The notes under the pieces: generated by a model
What the model was told of the DNA's origin: nothing
What the model saw: the letters and a program-made list of their open reading frames with translations, nothing else
Database searches by the model: none
Assembly: GCA_046757025.1 (NCBI GenBank)
Contig: JBHHXN010000044.1
Span: 1-34,240, forward strand
DNA length: 34,240 nucleotides
Direction of reading: 5' to 3'
Origin: a bacterium
GTDB lineage: Bacteria; Zhuqueibacterota; Zhuqueibacteria; Oceanimicrobiales; Oceanimicrobiaceae
Position numbers and translations under genes: made by a program
Shown here: piece by piece, positions 1-9,126 of the stretch
Layout of the letters: every line of letters begins with the position of its first letter
Numbering within the stretch: the first letter of the stretch is position 1

Positions 1-104
1 GAGTTGAAGCATGATGAAAAAACAACAAATTACGGCCTTTCCCGAATGCACTTCGGCACTCAGACTGAACGTTCCTTCGACTTAATCAACAGAATCATAA
101 ATGA
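1..104. repeat. Probable right end of a MITE-like element cut off by the window edge
   Basis: ttaatcaacagaatcataaatga (82-104) matches 11676-11698 at 22 of 23 nt. Confidence 0.45.
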
Positions 105-161
105 CAGATAAAAAACAAACAAGGTCCCTATTGGATTATAAAACAGGCTGCACCGTTACAT

Positions 162-202
162 AAAAAAGCGAGTATCTTTAAGATTACGAAGAATACCCGC
201 TT
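162..202 (-). terminator. Intrinsic terminator of the transketolase gene
   Basis: Minus strand reads AAGCGGGTATTCTT...AAGATACTCGC followed by a T6 run, about 35 nt after the stop codon. Confidence 0.65.
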
Positions 203-237
203 CCAAAACAATTACGGATCGGCTATCGGCTGCAATT

Positions 238-2892
238 TCAGGTTACACAGCTATCGCAGTGAAATTTGATGCTCTCGTTGGCATTCATCCAGTAAGCCAG
301 ACAATAAGCGCAAACTCTTTTCTCACGATGCTCGCACTCAAAACAGTACTCGTTATCCCCCATAGATTCCTCGCCAAAATAATCTTGCGGATCGATTTTT
401 TTACCGCAGGAAACGCAAGTGAGCCAAATGGGTTCATCCACTTTGGCACCGGTTTTTTTGAAGGGATATCCACCAACAGTTAAGTGGCCGTTAGCGTTTT
501 TTTTTCGTTTTTCCATTTTTTGCGCAAAATCCAGAATCGCTTCTAACTGGCCTTCTGCGTGAATGCCGGCTTCCTGCAGTACTTTATGCGCCTTACCGCT
601 ACCCAGATAGTGATGTCCTCGAAAAGAGTGCAGCGTTCTTTCAATTCCTTCATTTGAACGTACCCAACGATACATGGTGGGCAGGGTGAAATCGGTGATG
701 CCCATGGCTTCGCGGCTCAACGCCTCGGGGAAAATCGCTTCTTGCTCCTGCAGGGGCAAGCGATTGAACAGCTCTGCGCTGGCCACGTAAAACACGTTCA
801 AATTCAGTCCCTTTTCATCTAATTTCGGCAGCACTTCCTGTACAAAAATGGTCGCAACACCGTTGCCTTGCAGAACCAGGGTTCCGCTTTGCTGCCTGGC
901 AGAAGGGTCGGCGGTGCGCATGGCGTAAATGCCTTTGACAGCGGTGTGCGCGGGCGGTAGTCCGTATTCTTGCCGGTTTACAATCGTATCTGCGGGACGG
1001 GTGACAAACGGACACAGTACCGCCGGACGCTCCTTCAAGCCAGCAACCATAAGCGGCCAGATTTCCTGGGCATCCCAGGGGGTGAGCGTAATGAGAACGC
1101 CTTTAGGGAAATTCTCCTGAAGCAATTGCAGCACTTGGGGATCCGCGTGTGTGGGCCCATCCTCGCCGGTTTTCACACCGGCGTGGGCGTTGATCATGAT
1201 CCAGGTGTTGTAAGCCGGATCCTGGATTTCACCCTTGGTCTGCTGCCCGATTCCGTGCAGGCGCGCTGCTACGTGCTCCAACGCCCCGATAAACGCGCCG
1301 TAGGAAGAGGTCACACCGATGTGGTTGCCAAAACTCGACAGGCCCGCCATAAAGGCGCCCATGGCGTCCTCACAAATTCCGCCCACCGCTACCAATCGCG
1401 ATTTGGGATTTTCCACTGCGTTAAACAAACCTTCATCAAATCCTTTGTTGATATTGACGACGCTGGTGGAGCCTAACAAATCCGCAGCGGAACCGATGAT
1501 CGCGCCCTCGGTTTTCTTGTTGAGCACGTTGAGCACGTTGCCGAGCATGGCGCGCAACGTCACCGACTCTCCCGGCTTTAGCGCTAATTCATCTGGCGGC
1601 CTTTCAGCATCCAAGCCGGAATCCGAAGCGTACAGTTTATTTAAGTTGGGCGCATCGCTGCGTTTTTTGCGCTGCAATTTCTTCAGTCGCTGTTGCGATT
1701 CGATGGTTTGTTTGGCCGCAAAAAACGCCAACTCTTTTTGACTCTCCAGGCAATGCCGGATAACCATCAAAGTATCATAAAAGGATTTTTCAACATTTTC
1801 TGGATTGACTTCCCCGTCAAAGCGCGGTATGTGCACATTGAAGTAATTTTCCAATTCTGCGCAAGCTTCGTAGTACCCTTCGGAACAGAATTTATGCCCG
1901 GCGCCGTGGGACACCCGGCCTTCGATACCATATTTCCAGCCCTTGATGGTTCGATACACAATGGCGGTTGGCTGTTTTGTATCGAGAGACAAGGCCAAAC
2001 TTTGCGCCGCCAGCACCTGCTGAAAATCCTTGCCATTGGGCACAAAAATCACGTTCCAGTCATGACAGTAGCACAGTTCGGCCGGATTCCACTGCACATA
2101 TTCACCAGGCTCCTCGCCTTCCCGGCAAACGTGGTTCGAGTCGATGGAAGCCTGATTCCAATCCACGTGCATGATGGCGTTGTGCAGTCGCGCGGAGGCC
2201 GCGGCAGCCAGAGATTCGTGTACCCGTCCGGGCGTCATGCCCCCTTCTCCTTCGAGGATGTGCACTTTGGGGGCACTCTCACCGTAGGCATCCAGGGCGC
2301 CCATAGTCAAACCCAGTGCAGCCGGCACACCAACCCCGCTGGCTCCGGTGGCAATTCGCACAAATGGCGTAGCCGGAGTTGGGTGTCCGTCCAGGGTTTT
2401 TGAGTGAAATTCTTTAAATAGCGGCGTGTCGTTGGTTGGATTTCTGCGGAAACCCAGCAGGTCCTCCAACCGCAGTTGCAATTTTTCTTCTGGCAGCAAT
2501 TCCGGCCGGCCAATGCGAATGAGCTCGTTGCGCAACGACCACATGGCGTACAATCCCATGGCTTTATGACCCGCCGCATAAACCAGAAAATCCGCATCCT
2601 CGGCATTGGGATTGGAAAAATCATAATCCAAATGCGAGAAGAGCAATCCTTCTACGATTCTGCCCGATGAAATGCTGCCACCGGGATGCCCTGAAAGCGG
2701 TACAAAATTGTATAAAATCGCACACAATGTGCGATACACCAGGTCGATTCCTTCTAAATAATTTTTCTCGCCGACTGGAATTTGAAATTTAGTATTTTTT
2801 ATCACATCAGAGATGTCAAAATATACCGCGCGCCGGGCTCCAATATTTAGTTTGCTTGCTTTTAAAGAAGTCCACAGACTTTTATCTTTCAT
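238..2892 (-). CDS. Transketolase-family TPP enzyme (divergent) with a C-terminal Cys-rich extension
   Basis: Motifs SGHPGGS, AGHK, LDGHP, TPP-binding GEGG...DWN, TIKGW, GICEDAM and GEDGPTH. The tail carries four CxxC. Confidence 0.85.
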   Translation of the reverse strand: MKDKSLWTSLKASKLNIGARRAVYFDISDVIKNTKFQIPVGEKNYLEGIDLVYRTLCAILYNFVPLSGHPGGSISSGRIVEGLLFSHLDYDFSNPNAEDADFLVYAAGHKAMGLYAMWSLRNELIRIGRPELLPEEKLQLRLEDLLGFRRNPTNDTPLFKEFHSKTLDGHPTPATPFVRIATGASGVGVPAALGLTMGALDAYGESAPKVHILEGEGGMTPGRVHESLAAAASARLHNAIMHVDWNQASIDSNHVCREGEEPGEYVQWNPAELCYCHDWNVIFVPNGKDFQQVLAAQSLALSLDTKQPTAIVYRTIKGWKYGIEGRVSHGAGHKFCSEGYYEACAELENYFNVHIPRFDGEVNPENVEKSFYDTLMVIRHCLESQKELAFFAAKQTIESQQRLKKLQRKKRSDAPNLNKLYASDSGLDAERPPDELALKPGESVTLRAMLGNVLNVLNKKTEGAIIGSAADLLGSTSVVNINKGFDEGLFNAVENPKSRLVAVGGICEDAMGAFMAGLSSFGNHIGVTSSYGAFIGALEHVAARLHGIGQQTKGEIQDPAYNTWIMINAHAGVKTGEDGPTHADPQVLQLLQENFPKGVLITLTPWDAQEIWPLMVAGLKERPAVLCPFVTRPADTIVNRQEYGLPPAHTAVKGIYAMRTADPSARQQSGTLVLQGNGVATIFVQEVLPKLDEKGLNLNVFYVASAELFNRLPLQEQEAIFPEALSREAMGITDFTLPTMYRWVRSNEGIERTLHSFRGHHYLGSGKAHKVLQEAGIHAEGQLEAILDFAQKMEKRKKNANGHLTVGGYPFKKTGAKVDEPIWLTCVSCGKKIDPQDYFGEESMGDNEYCFECEHREKRVCAYCLAYWMNANESIKFHCDSCVT

Positions 2893-3048
2893 AACCTTTC
2901 TCCATAACTAAAATTGAATGTAAACAGGTAAGTATGCCAAGCACAAGTGATGTTGGTTTTTCCGATTTGTGCAATCATCGGGCCAGATGCTCGATCTCAC
3001 ATAATTTCAGATAAACCTTTTATTTTCAGAACACTCTCGCGATTTATT

Positions 3049-3135
3049 TGAATCCCGTCACGCCGGCATTCCCATCTTTAGGAAAATACCAGCGGGACAT
3101 TCTCAGTTTTAGGAATGAAGTGCCCCCCCGATTTT
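3049..3135 (-). promoter_or_regulatory. Structured leader resembling a degenerate TPP riboswitch
   Basis: Minus strand has CGGGG...CUGAGA..UCCCG...CC..UGG.AAUGCCGGCGU..GGGA in TPP-box order, about 160 nt upstream of a TPP enzyme. Several core positions deviate. Confidence 0.3.
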
Positions 3136-3235
3136 GCGTACCCATCATTCAGCGTCAAAATGAAAATACGGTGGTAAAATATTTAGTAATTTATTACATT
3201 AGGATCAACCAAAATCTTACATAATTGGATTTAAT

Positions 3236-4009
3236 ATGAAACTAAAAATTCGACAGTACGGTAACGGCGGGCAAACTCTGGTGATTTTGCACGGTTTGTT
3301 AGGTTCCTCGAAAAACTGGCACGGAACCGGTGCCGCGCTGGGAACGCACTTTAACGTGATCGTGCCCGACCTTCGTAATCACGGCGAATCCCCGCACGCT
3401 GAGCACAGCATTGAAGCCATGCGCGAAGACCTTGAAGAGTTTTTCGATGAACTGCAACTCGACAAACCATTTTTGCTGGGACATTCCATGGGCGGTCTGT
3501 CTGCGATGTCGTTTGCTGTTACGAATGAAACCCGCATCCGCGGATTGATCGTGGTAGATATTTCTCCACAGGTGGACCTGACGCGTATGGCATGGATATT
3601 CGAAGCTCTACAAAGGGTCGATCTAAATAAAATAACAAATCGGCAAGAGGCCAACCGACAATTATCTGCCGCCATTACGGCGGATTCGGTGCGGCAATTT
3701 CTCTTGCAAAACCTGCAGCGACAGGAAAACGGCGCCCACCGCTGGCGGTGTAATTTACCCGCCCTTTTTGAATTCATCACTGCAAACGAGCCGTTCAAAC
3801 TGCCACCTCTCAGTCGATATTCGGGACCGACTCTCTTCATCGGTGGTGAGCAGTCTGAACATAAAATTGCCAACAAAGTTGAAGTGATCGCGCAGCACTT
3901 TCCCAATTACCAGTTGGTCATGTTCCCCAATACCGGACACTGGGTGCACTACGAAGCCATGAACGCCTTTGTGAAACGAGTAGTCTGTTTTATACGGGAA
4001 AATAGTTGA
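3236..4009 (+). CDS. Alpha/beta-fold hydrolase (YbfF/ABHD11-like esterase)
   Basis: LHGLLGS, DLRNHGES, nucleophile GHSMGG, VDISP, and C-terminal GHWVH. Confidence 0.9.
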   Translation: MKLKIRQYGNGGQTLVILHGLLGSSKNWHGTGAALGTHFNVIVPDLRNHGESPHAEHSIEAMREDLEEFFDELQLDKPFLLGHSMGGLSAMSFAVTNETRIRGLIVVDISPQVDLTRMAWIFEALQRVDLNKITNRQEANRQLSAAITADSVRQFLLQNLQRQENGAHRWRCNLPALFEFITANEPFKLPPLSRYSGPTLFIGGEQSEHKIANKVEVIAQHFPNYQLVMFPNTGHWVHYEAMNAFVKRVVCFIRENS

Positions 4010-4241
4010 CGCCCTAAATAACTGATTTGAAAAAACTCCAACATTCCACGATATCTTGAAAAAAGTGATAATATATAAAAAGTTCTTCCTTGTTGAAGCG
4101 CTGTCAGGAAGATAAAAAAGGGCAATGAGAACGACCGTTTTATATCGGTTCGAAGGCCTCGGTTGCATTTTTTCAGTTTGCAATTTGAAATTTGTATTCA
4201 TTCGTCCAAAGCCAAAGTATTGAAAAAATAAAAATTAATGC

Positions 4242-4270
4242 TTGCTTTTTAGATAAATTAACCCTACCTT
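4242..4270 (+). promoter_or_regulatory. Putative sigma70 promoter of the csp gene
   Basis: TTGCTT (4242-4247), 17-nt spacer, TACCTT (4265-4270). This implies a 5' UTR of about 200 nt. Confidence 0.45.
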
Positions 4271-4476
4271 AATTCGCCATAAAAAATGTACATGGTTTTT
4301 TGCACTTAATTTGTTTTAGCTGGTTGAGTTTTTTGTAACACTGCAAAAACTGCGAACAACTAAAATTGCAGAGGATGGTAAAATTGGCACTTCCGTTCTG
4401 TGTGATTTAAAGGAAACATTAAGGCTGGAAACACAGTTGTACGCAACAAGTTATTTTAATGTAAGGATTTTTTCTT

Positions 4477-4677
4477 ATGGAAAATGGAATTGTAAAATGG
4501 TTCAATAGCTCTAAGGGCTACGGCTTTATCAGCAGAGAAGAAGGCGAAGACGTATTCGTCCATTTCAACGCGATCGAAGGCGATGGTTACAAATCATTAG
4601 ACGAAGGCGACAAGGTTGAGTTTGATGTAGAGCAAGGACCAAAAGGTTTACAAGCCAAAAACGTCACAAAGATGTAA
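4477..4677 (+). CDS. csp: Cold-shock protein (CspA family)
   Basis: 66 aa with VKWFN, RNP1 KGYGFI, RNP2 VFVHF and GPKGLQA. AAGGA upstream. Confidence 0.97.
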   Translation: MENGIVKWFNSSKGYGFISREEGEDVFVHFNAIEGDGYKSLDEGDKVEFDVEQGPKGLQAKNVTKM

Positions 4678-4696
4678 TTCCTAAAACGCTTTGTCC

Positions 4697-4734
4697 ACCC
4701 CTGGCCCATTTGGGTACAGGGGTTTTTTGTTTTT
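4697..4734 (+). terminator. Intrinsic terminator of csp
   Basis: ACCCCTG-GCCCA-tt-TGGGT-A-CAGGGGT stem followed by TTTTTGTTTTT. Confidence 0.85.
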
Positions 4735-4919
4735 AGGCCAGTTAAAATTGAATTCCGCCCTGTTTACAGCACCCGGCCAAAGGTTGTGAATTCCCACACA
4801 TAATTATCCTTCTAAGAAAATGAGGCAGCACCGAACCTGGTTTACTCAGGAGATTCTGCTGCTGACTAATTACCCCTGAGCTTAAAACTCAACGATATGG
4901 CCGTTCACCCTATCTCTCG

Positions 4920-6425
4920 CTACTGATTTTCAACCATTTCAATCTGTCTGCTTTGAACCGATTGAATCAAATGCTCAACCGAAGGCGCCATCTTCTTCAA
5001 AAAGGCATTTGGGTAAAAGCCGATCAAAATAATCAAAACAACGATGGGAACCAACACCGAAATTTCTCTTGCGGAAAGATCGAGCAGACGCCTATTTTTT
5101 TCGTTGTCTAATTTGCCAAACATCACACGGTGAAACATTCTGAGCATATATACCGCAGCTAAAATCACACCGCTGGCTGCTAGAACCGCGTAGGTTTTGC
5201 TGCTTAAAAACGTTCCCAGCAGAATTAAAAACTCCCCCACAAATCCATTTAAACCGGGTAAACCGATGGAGGAGAGCGTGACGATCATAAAAAAGGTAGC
5301 AAAGATAGGCAGGCGTTTAGCCAGTCCACCAAAATCGGCGATCAAGCGCGTGTGCCTGCGCTCATAGAGCATGCCCACGATCAAAAACAACGCACCCGTG
5401 GACAATCCGTGATTGACCATTTGCAGCAGCCCGCCCTGAATGCCCTGCACATTCAAAGCAAAGATGCCCAGCATGACAAACCCCAGATGGCTGACACTGG
5501 AATATGCCACCAGCTTTTTCAAATCTGGCTGCACCATTGCCACCAGAGCACCGTAAATAACTCCGATAACGCCCAGTACAAAAATCCAGGGAGTAAATTG
5601 GCTGACAGCGTGTGGGAAAAAGGGCAAACAAAACCGCAGGAAGCCGTACGTTCCCATCTTCAAAAGCACGCCGGCTAAAATCACACTGCCGCCGGTCGGA
5701 GCCTCCACATGAGCATCCGGCAGCCAGGTGTGAAACGGAAACATGGGCACTTTGATGGCGAAACTCAAACCGAAAGCTAAAAAGAGCCAGGTCTGAAAAT
5801 CAAGCGGTAAATTCGTTTGCTGCCACGCTAATATATCAAAAGTATAACGGCCCGTGAGTCCGCCGTGGTAAAAATACATCACCAGGATGGCTACCAGCAT
5901 CAGCAAACTGCCCACCATGGTATAAATAAAAAATTTCACCGCTGCATAAATTCGGTTTTCACCACCCCAGATGCCGATGACAAAATACATGGGAATGAGC
6001 ATCACTTCCCAGAAGATATAAAACAAAAACAGATCGAGCGCCACAAAGACGCCGAGGATGCCGGCTTCCAATACAAGCAGGGAAATCAGGTAACCCTTGA
6101 CATTTTTGGTGACGCTGTTCCAGGAGGATAAGATCACGATAGGCGTCAGGAAAGTCGTCAGCAAAACCATAAACAGGCTGATTCCGTCGATTCCCAGATG
6201 ATAACCCACACCCCAGGCCGGAATCCAGTCAACGCGCTCGGTGAACTGCATGGCGGCCGTAGCATCAAACTGAAAATACAGCGGTACAGATAAACAAAAA
6301 ATCAGTAACGTAATGGCAAAAGCCGTAATTTTGATGGCAGACTGATTTTGCTTCTTGATCAGGGAGATGATCAGCGCACCAGGAAGAGGTAAAAACGTGA
6401 TAATGGTTAATATTGGAATCGACAT
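4920..6425 (-). CDS. nuoM: NADH-quinone oxidoreductase subunit M
   Basis: 501 aa polytopic protein with [44 protein letters not shown] and AYSSVSHLG. Confidence 0.95.
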   Translation of the reverse strand: MSIPILTIITFLPLPGALIISLIKKQNQSAIKITAFAITLLIFCLSVPLYFQFDATAAMQFTERVDWIPAWGVGYHLGIDGISLFMVLLTTFLTPIVILSSWNSVTKNVKGYLISLLVLEAGILGVFVALDLFLFYIFWEVMLIPMYFVIGIWGGENRIYAAVKFFIYTMVGSLLMLVAILVMYFYHGGLTGRYTFDILAWQQTNLPLDFQTWLFLAFGLSFAIKVPMFPFHTWLPDAHVEAPTGGSVILAGVLLKMGTYGFLRFCLPFFPHAVSQFTPWIFVLGVIGVIYGALVAMVQPDLKKLVAYSSVSHLGFVMLGIFALNVQGIQGGLLQMVNHGLSTGALFLIVGMLYERRHTRLIADFGGLAKRLPIFATFFMIVTLSSIGLPGLNGFVGEFLILLGTFLSSKTYAVLAASGVILAAVYMLRMFHRVMFGKLDNEKNRRLLDLSAREISVLVPIVVLIILIGFYPNAFLKKMAPSVEHLIQSVQSRQIEMVENQ

Positions 6426-6536
6426 GACGTTTATTCAGGAATTAGTTTTCGAACGAACCGTCCTTTTTTCATTACCCTGAGCCGAACCGAAGGGTACGAC
6501 TTGATGCAAGGGTGAGCGGATTTTTTGTTCTATTTA

Positions 6537-6683
6537 GTGTCCATCCGTAATCGTCATTCCCGAATGCTCCCTGCTTAAAACATGCAGGGACAAGCTCATC
6601 GGGAATCTCATGCCTAACGGACCAATGGATTCCCGCTTAAAGATTGCAGAAATAACAAAAAAGGTCTCATTACGGATGGACAC
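6537..6683. mobile_element. MITE-like element with perfect 15-bp TIRs and a 6-bp flanking direct repeat
   Basis: GTGTCCATCCGTAAT (6537-6551) and ATTACGGATGGACAC (6669-6683). TATTTA flanks both sides (6531-6536, 6684-6689). A diverged second copy lies near 11812-11949. Confidence 0.8.
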
Positions 6684-8602
6684 TATTTAAATAGAAAATA
6701 ACTGATCAAGAGTACGACACCCACTAAAATTGACAGGGCGTAATTTTGCACCAAACCGGTTTGCAGCTTTCGCACAATATTGCTGCTTTTTCCAATTATT
6801 ATAGCTAATTTGTTTACCAACCCATCGATGAGCAGGACATCAAACCAGCGCCATAAAATTACCTCTGAAAGAAAGTTGAACGGCCGCACGATTAAAATGT
6901 CGTAGATTTCATCCACATACCACTTTTTACGCAGAAAATGGTACAGCCCTTTGAATTTATCAGCTATCTCCTCGGGCAAGTTGGTTTTCTGCACATACAA
7001 TTGAAAAGCAAATCCGATACCCATGAGCACGATCACCGTTGAAATGCCCATTAAACTGAGCTCGAAGTTGAGCAGTGCCGGCTTGAGCTCCGTAACATTC
7101 TGCGCGACGTACCGAGAAAAAACCGGCTGCAGGAAATGATCGAATCGATTGAAAACGTGCGGAATGCCCACCAGCCCCCCGACGACGGACAAGCCGGCTA
7201 AAATGTACATGGGAACGGTCATCACCCGCGGCGATTCATGAATCTGCAGCGCAATTTTCTCCGAGGCGCGTAACTTGCCATAAAATGTCAAATAGAAGAG
7301 CCGGAAAATGTAGAACGCGGTGAGTCCGGCCACCACTGCGCCGGCTAACCAGAAAGAAAATCCGCCCACAGGGCTGCTCAGTGTCCGCCACAAAATTTCA
7401 TCTTTCGAAAAAAAGCCAGACAGAAACGGCACTCCAGCCAGTGCCAGGGCGCCCACTAAAAACAATTTAAACGTCACCGGCAATCGGCTTTTCAAACCGC
7501 CCATTCTAGTCATGTCGGTTTCGTTGGCAAGGGCGTGCATGACGCTACCGGCGCTGAGAAAAAGCAGCGCTTTAAAATAAGCATGGGTGCTCAAATGAAA
7601 GATCCCCGCACTGAACGCACCCACACCGCAGGCCAAAAACATGTACCCCAATTGGCTGATGGTGGAGTAGGCCAAAACGCGCTTGATGTCGTTATTGACC
7701 AGGGCAATGGTGGCGGCCAGCAAGGCCGTAGCCACACCAATTAACGCGACCACACTTAACGCGGTAGTGGAAAACATAAAGATTACATGACTTCGGGCGA
7801 CCATGTAAACCCCGGCAGTCACCATGGTCGCAGCATGAATCAAAGCCGAGACCGGCGTAGGACCGGCCATGGCGTCCGGCAGCCAGACGTACAAAGGAAT
7901 CTGTGCCGATTTACCAACCGCTCCCACAAACAGCAGCAAGGCGATGGCCGTGGCGGTTTTTTGATCAATATTGAGCGCCGCTTGACTGAAAACCGTTTCA
8001 AAATTAAAAGAGCCAAAATGCAGAAAAATCAAAAAGAGCCCGATCAAAAAACCAAAGTCGCCGATTCGGTTAACCACAAAAGCTTTGCGGCCGGCAGCGG
8101 CGTTGGCATCCTCTTCAAACCAGAAGCCGATCAAAAAATAAGAACAGAGCCCCACGCCTTCCCAGCCCACAAACATGAGTAAAAAATTATCGGCCAGGAC
8201 CAGGAGCAACATGGAAAAGGTAAATAAGTTTAAAAATGCAAAATATCGGGCAAAGCCCTGGTCGCCGGACATGTAACCGATGGAATAAACGTGAATGAGC
8301 AAACCCACACCGGTCACCACCAGCAGCATCACCATCGTCAGCGGATCCACTAAAAAGCTGATTTTGACCTGCATGCTGCCAGCGGTTATCCAAGTATAAA
8401 TAGATTTTGTGAATACCCGTTCTGTTTCCGGCAACTTCAGAAGGTCGAAAAAAACCACGCTCGAAATTAGAAATGATAAGCCAATGGCGGTGGATGCAAT
8501 GATGCCTATGTGCTTTTCTTTTAAACGGTAACCCACTAATCCGTTGATCAGAAAACCAACTAAAGGCAAAACGGGCGCCAGCCAGATATATTCAAGCATC
8601 AT
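6683..8602 (-). CDS. nuoL: NADH-quinone oxidoreductase subunit L
   Basis: 639 aa with GWEGVGLCSY, NRIGDFG, GKSAQIPLYVWLPDAMAGPTPVSALIHAATMV, FFSKDEIL and C-terminal QTGLVQNY. Confidence 0.96.
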   Translation of the reverse strand: MMLEYIWLAPVLPLVGFLINGLVGYRLKEKHIGIIASTAIGLSFLISSVVFFDLLKLPETERVFTKSIYTWITAGSMQVKISFLVDPLTMVMLLVVTGVGLLIHVYSIGYMSGDQGFARYFAFLNLFTFSMLLLVLADNFLLMFVGWEGVGLCSYFLIGFWFEEDANAAAGRKAFVVNRIGDFGFLIGLFLIFLHFGSFNFETVFSQAALNIDQKTATAIALLLFVGAVGKSAQIPLYVWLPDAMAGPTPVSALIHAATMVTAGVYMVARSHVIFMFSTTALSVVALIGVATALLAATIALVNNDIKRVLAYSTISQLGYMFLACGVGAFSAGIFHLSTHAYFKALLFLSAGSVMHALANETDMTRMGGLKSRLPVTFKLFLVGALALAGVPFLSGFFSKDEILWRTLSSPVGGFSFWLAGAVVAGLTAFYIFRLFYLTFYGKLRASEKIALQIHESPRVMTVPMYILAGLSVVGGLVGIPHVFNRFDHFLQPVFSRYVAQNVTELKPALLNFELSLMGISTVIVLMGIGFAFQLYVQKTNLPEEIADKFKGLYHFLRKKWYVDEIYDILIVRPFNFLSEVILWRWFDVLLIDGLVNKLAIIIGKSSNIVRKLQTGLVQNYALSILVGVVLLISYFLFK

Positions 8603-8676
8603 ATTTTCTTTAAAATAAATCTCTTGAAGAATGTTTGGTAATCAGGTAAAATTCAAATTAAATGGGAAAAAGTTAG

Positions 8677-8771
8677 AGGGTATTTGGTATAGGGTATAAG
8701 GGAAACAGGTAACTTTTTTATACCTTATACCCCATACCCTTTACCTTATACCTATTCCTTATACCCTATAC
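8677..8771. repeat. Degenerate 7-bp tandem repeats in inverted arrangement
   Basis: Eight CYTATAC-like units at 8717-8771. GTATAGGGTATAAGG (8687-8701) is the exact reverse complement of 8757-8771. Confidence 0.8.
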
Positions 8772-8820
8772 ACCTCATTCCTTGAACTCGCTTTCAAATG
8801 GGTTACAAATCTCTTGTTAC

Positions 8821-9126
8821 TTACCATTTCATAATATTGATTTCATCGGCATATACGGTTTCTTTTATCCTGAAAATCGCCACCAGCAAAGCCAGTCCCA
8901 CGGCCACTTCTGCGGCAGCTACCACCATCACAAAAAATACAAATATTTGTCCGTCCAAATTGTTAAGTTGTTTTGAAAAGGCAATGAAAGATAAATTCAC
9001 GGCATTGAGCATGAGCTCAATGGACATAAAAATGATGATGGCGTTTCGGCGGGTTAAAACGCCGATCACTCCGATGCAGAACAAAATCCCACTCAAAATT
9101 AAATAATAAATCGTAGGCACGACCAT
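8821..9126 (-). CDS. nuoK: NADH-quinone oxidoreductase subunit K
   Basis: 101 aa with [18 protein letters not shown] and [11 protein letters not shown]. Confidence 0.97.
   Translation of the reverse strand: MVVPTIYYLILSGILFCIGVIGVLTRRNAIIIFMSIELMLNAVNLSFIAFSKQLNNLDGQIFVFFVMVVAAAEVAVGLALLVAIFRIKETVYADEINIMKW

Noticed and set aside
259..2670. Overlapping ORFs of 63-236 aa within the transketolase, and similar shadow ORFs in the nuo genes, susC and the 1802-aa gene
   Set aside because: They lie antisense or out of frame to well-supported genes and have no recognisable motifs.
3060..3155. c-di-AMP (ydaO) riboswitch suggested by minus-strand CGCUGAAU...CGGGGG
   Set aside because: The downstream GGGG.GAAU, GUAGG and GCUAAC elements are absent.
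3755..4201. 148-aa minus-strand ORF
   Set aside because: More than half overlaps the hydrolase antisense, and it has no motif or clear RBS.
4740..4919. nuoN remnant or SRP RNA after nuoM
   Set aside because: No NuoN-like hydrophobic frame. The hairpin at about 4825-4862 lacks the SRP CAGG..GNRA..AGCAG motif and is more likely a 3'-end structure.
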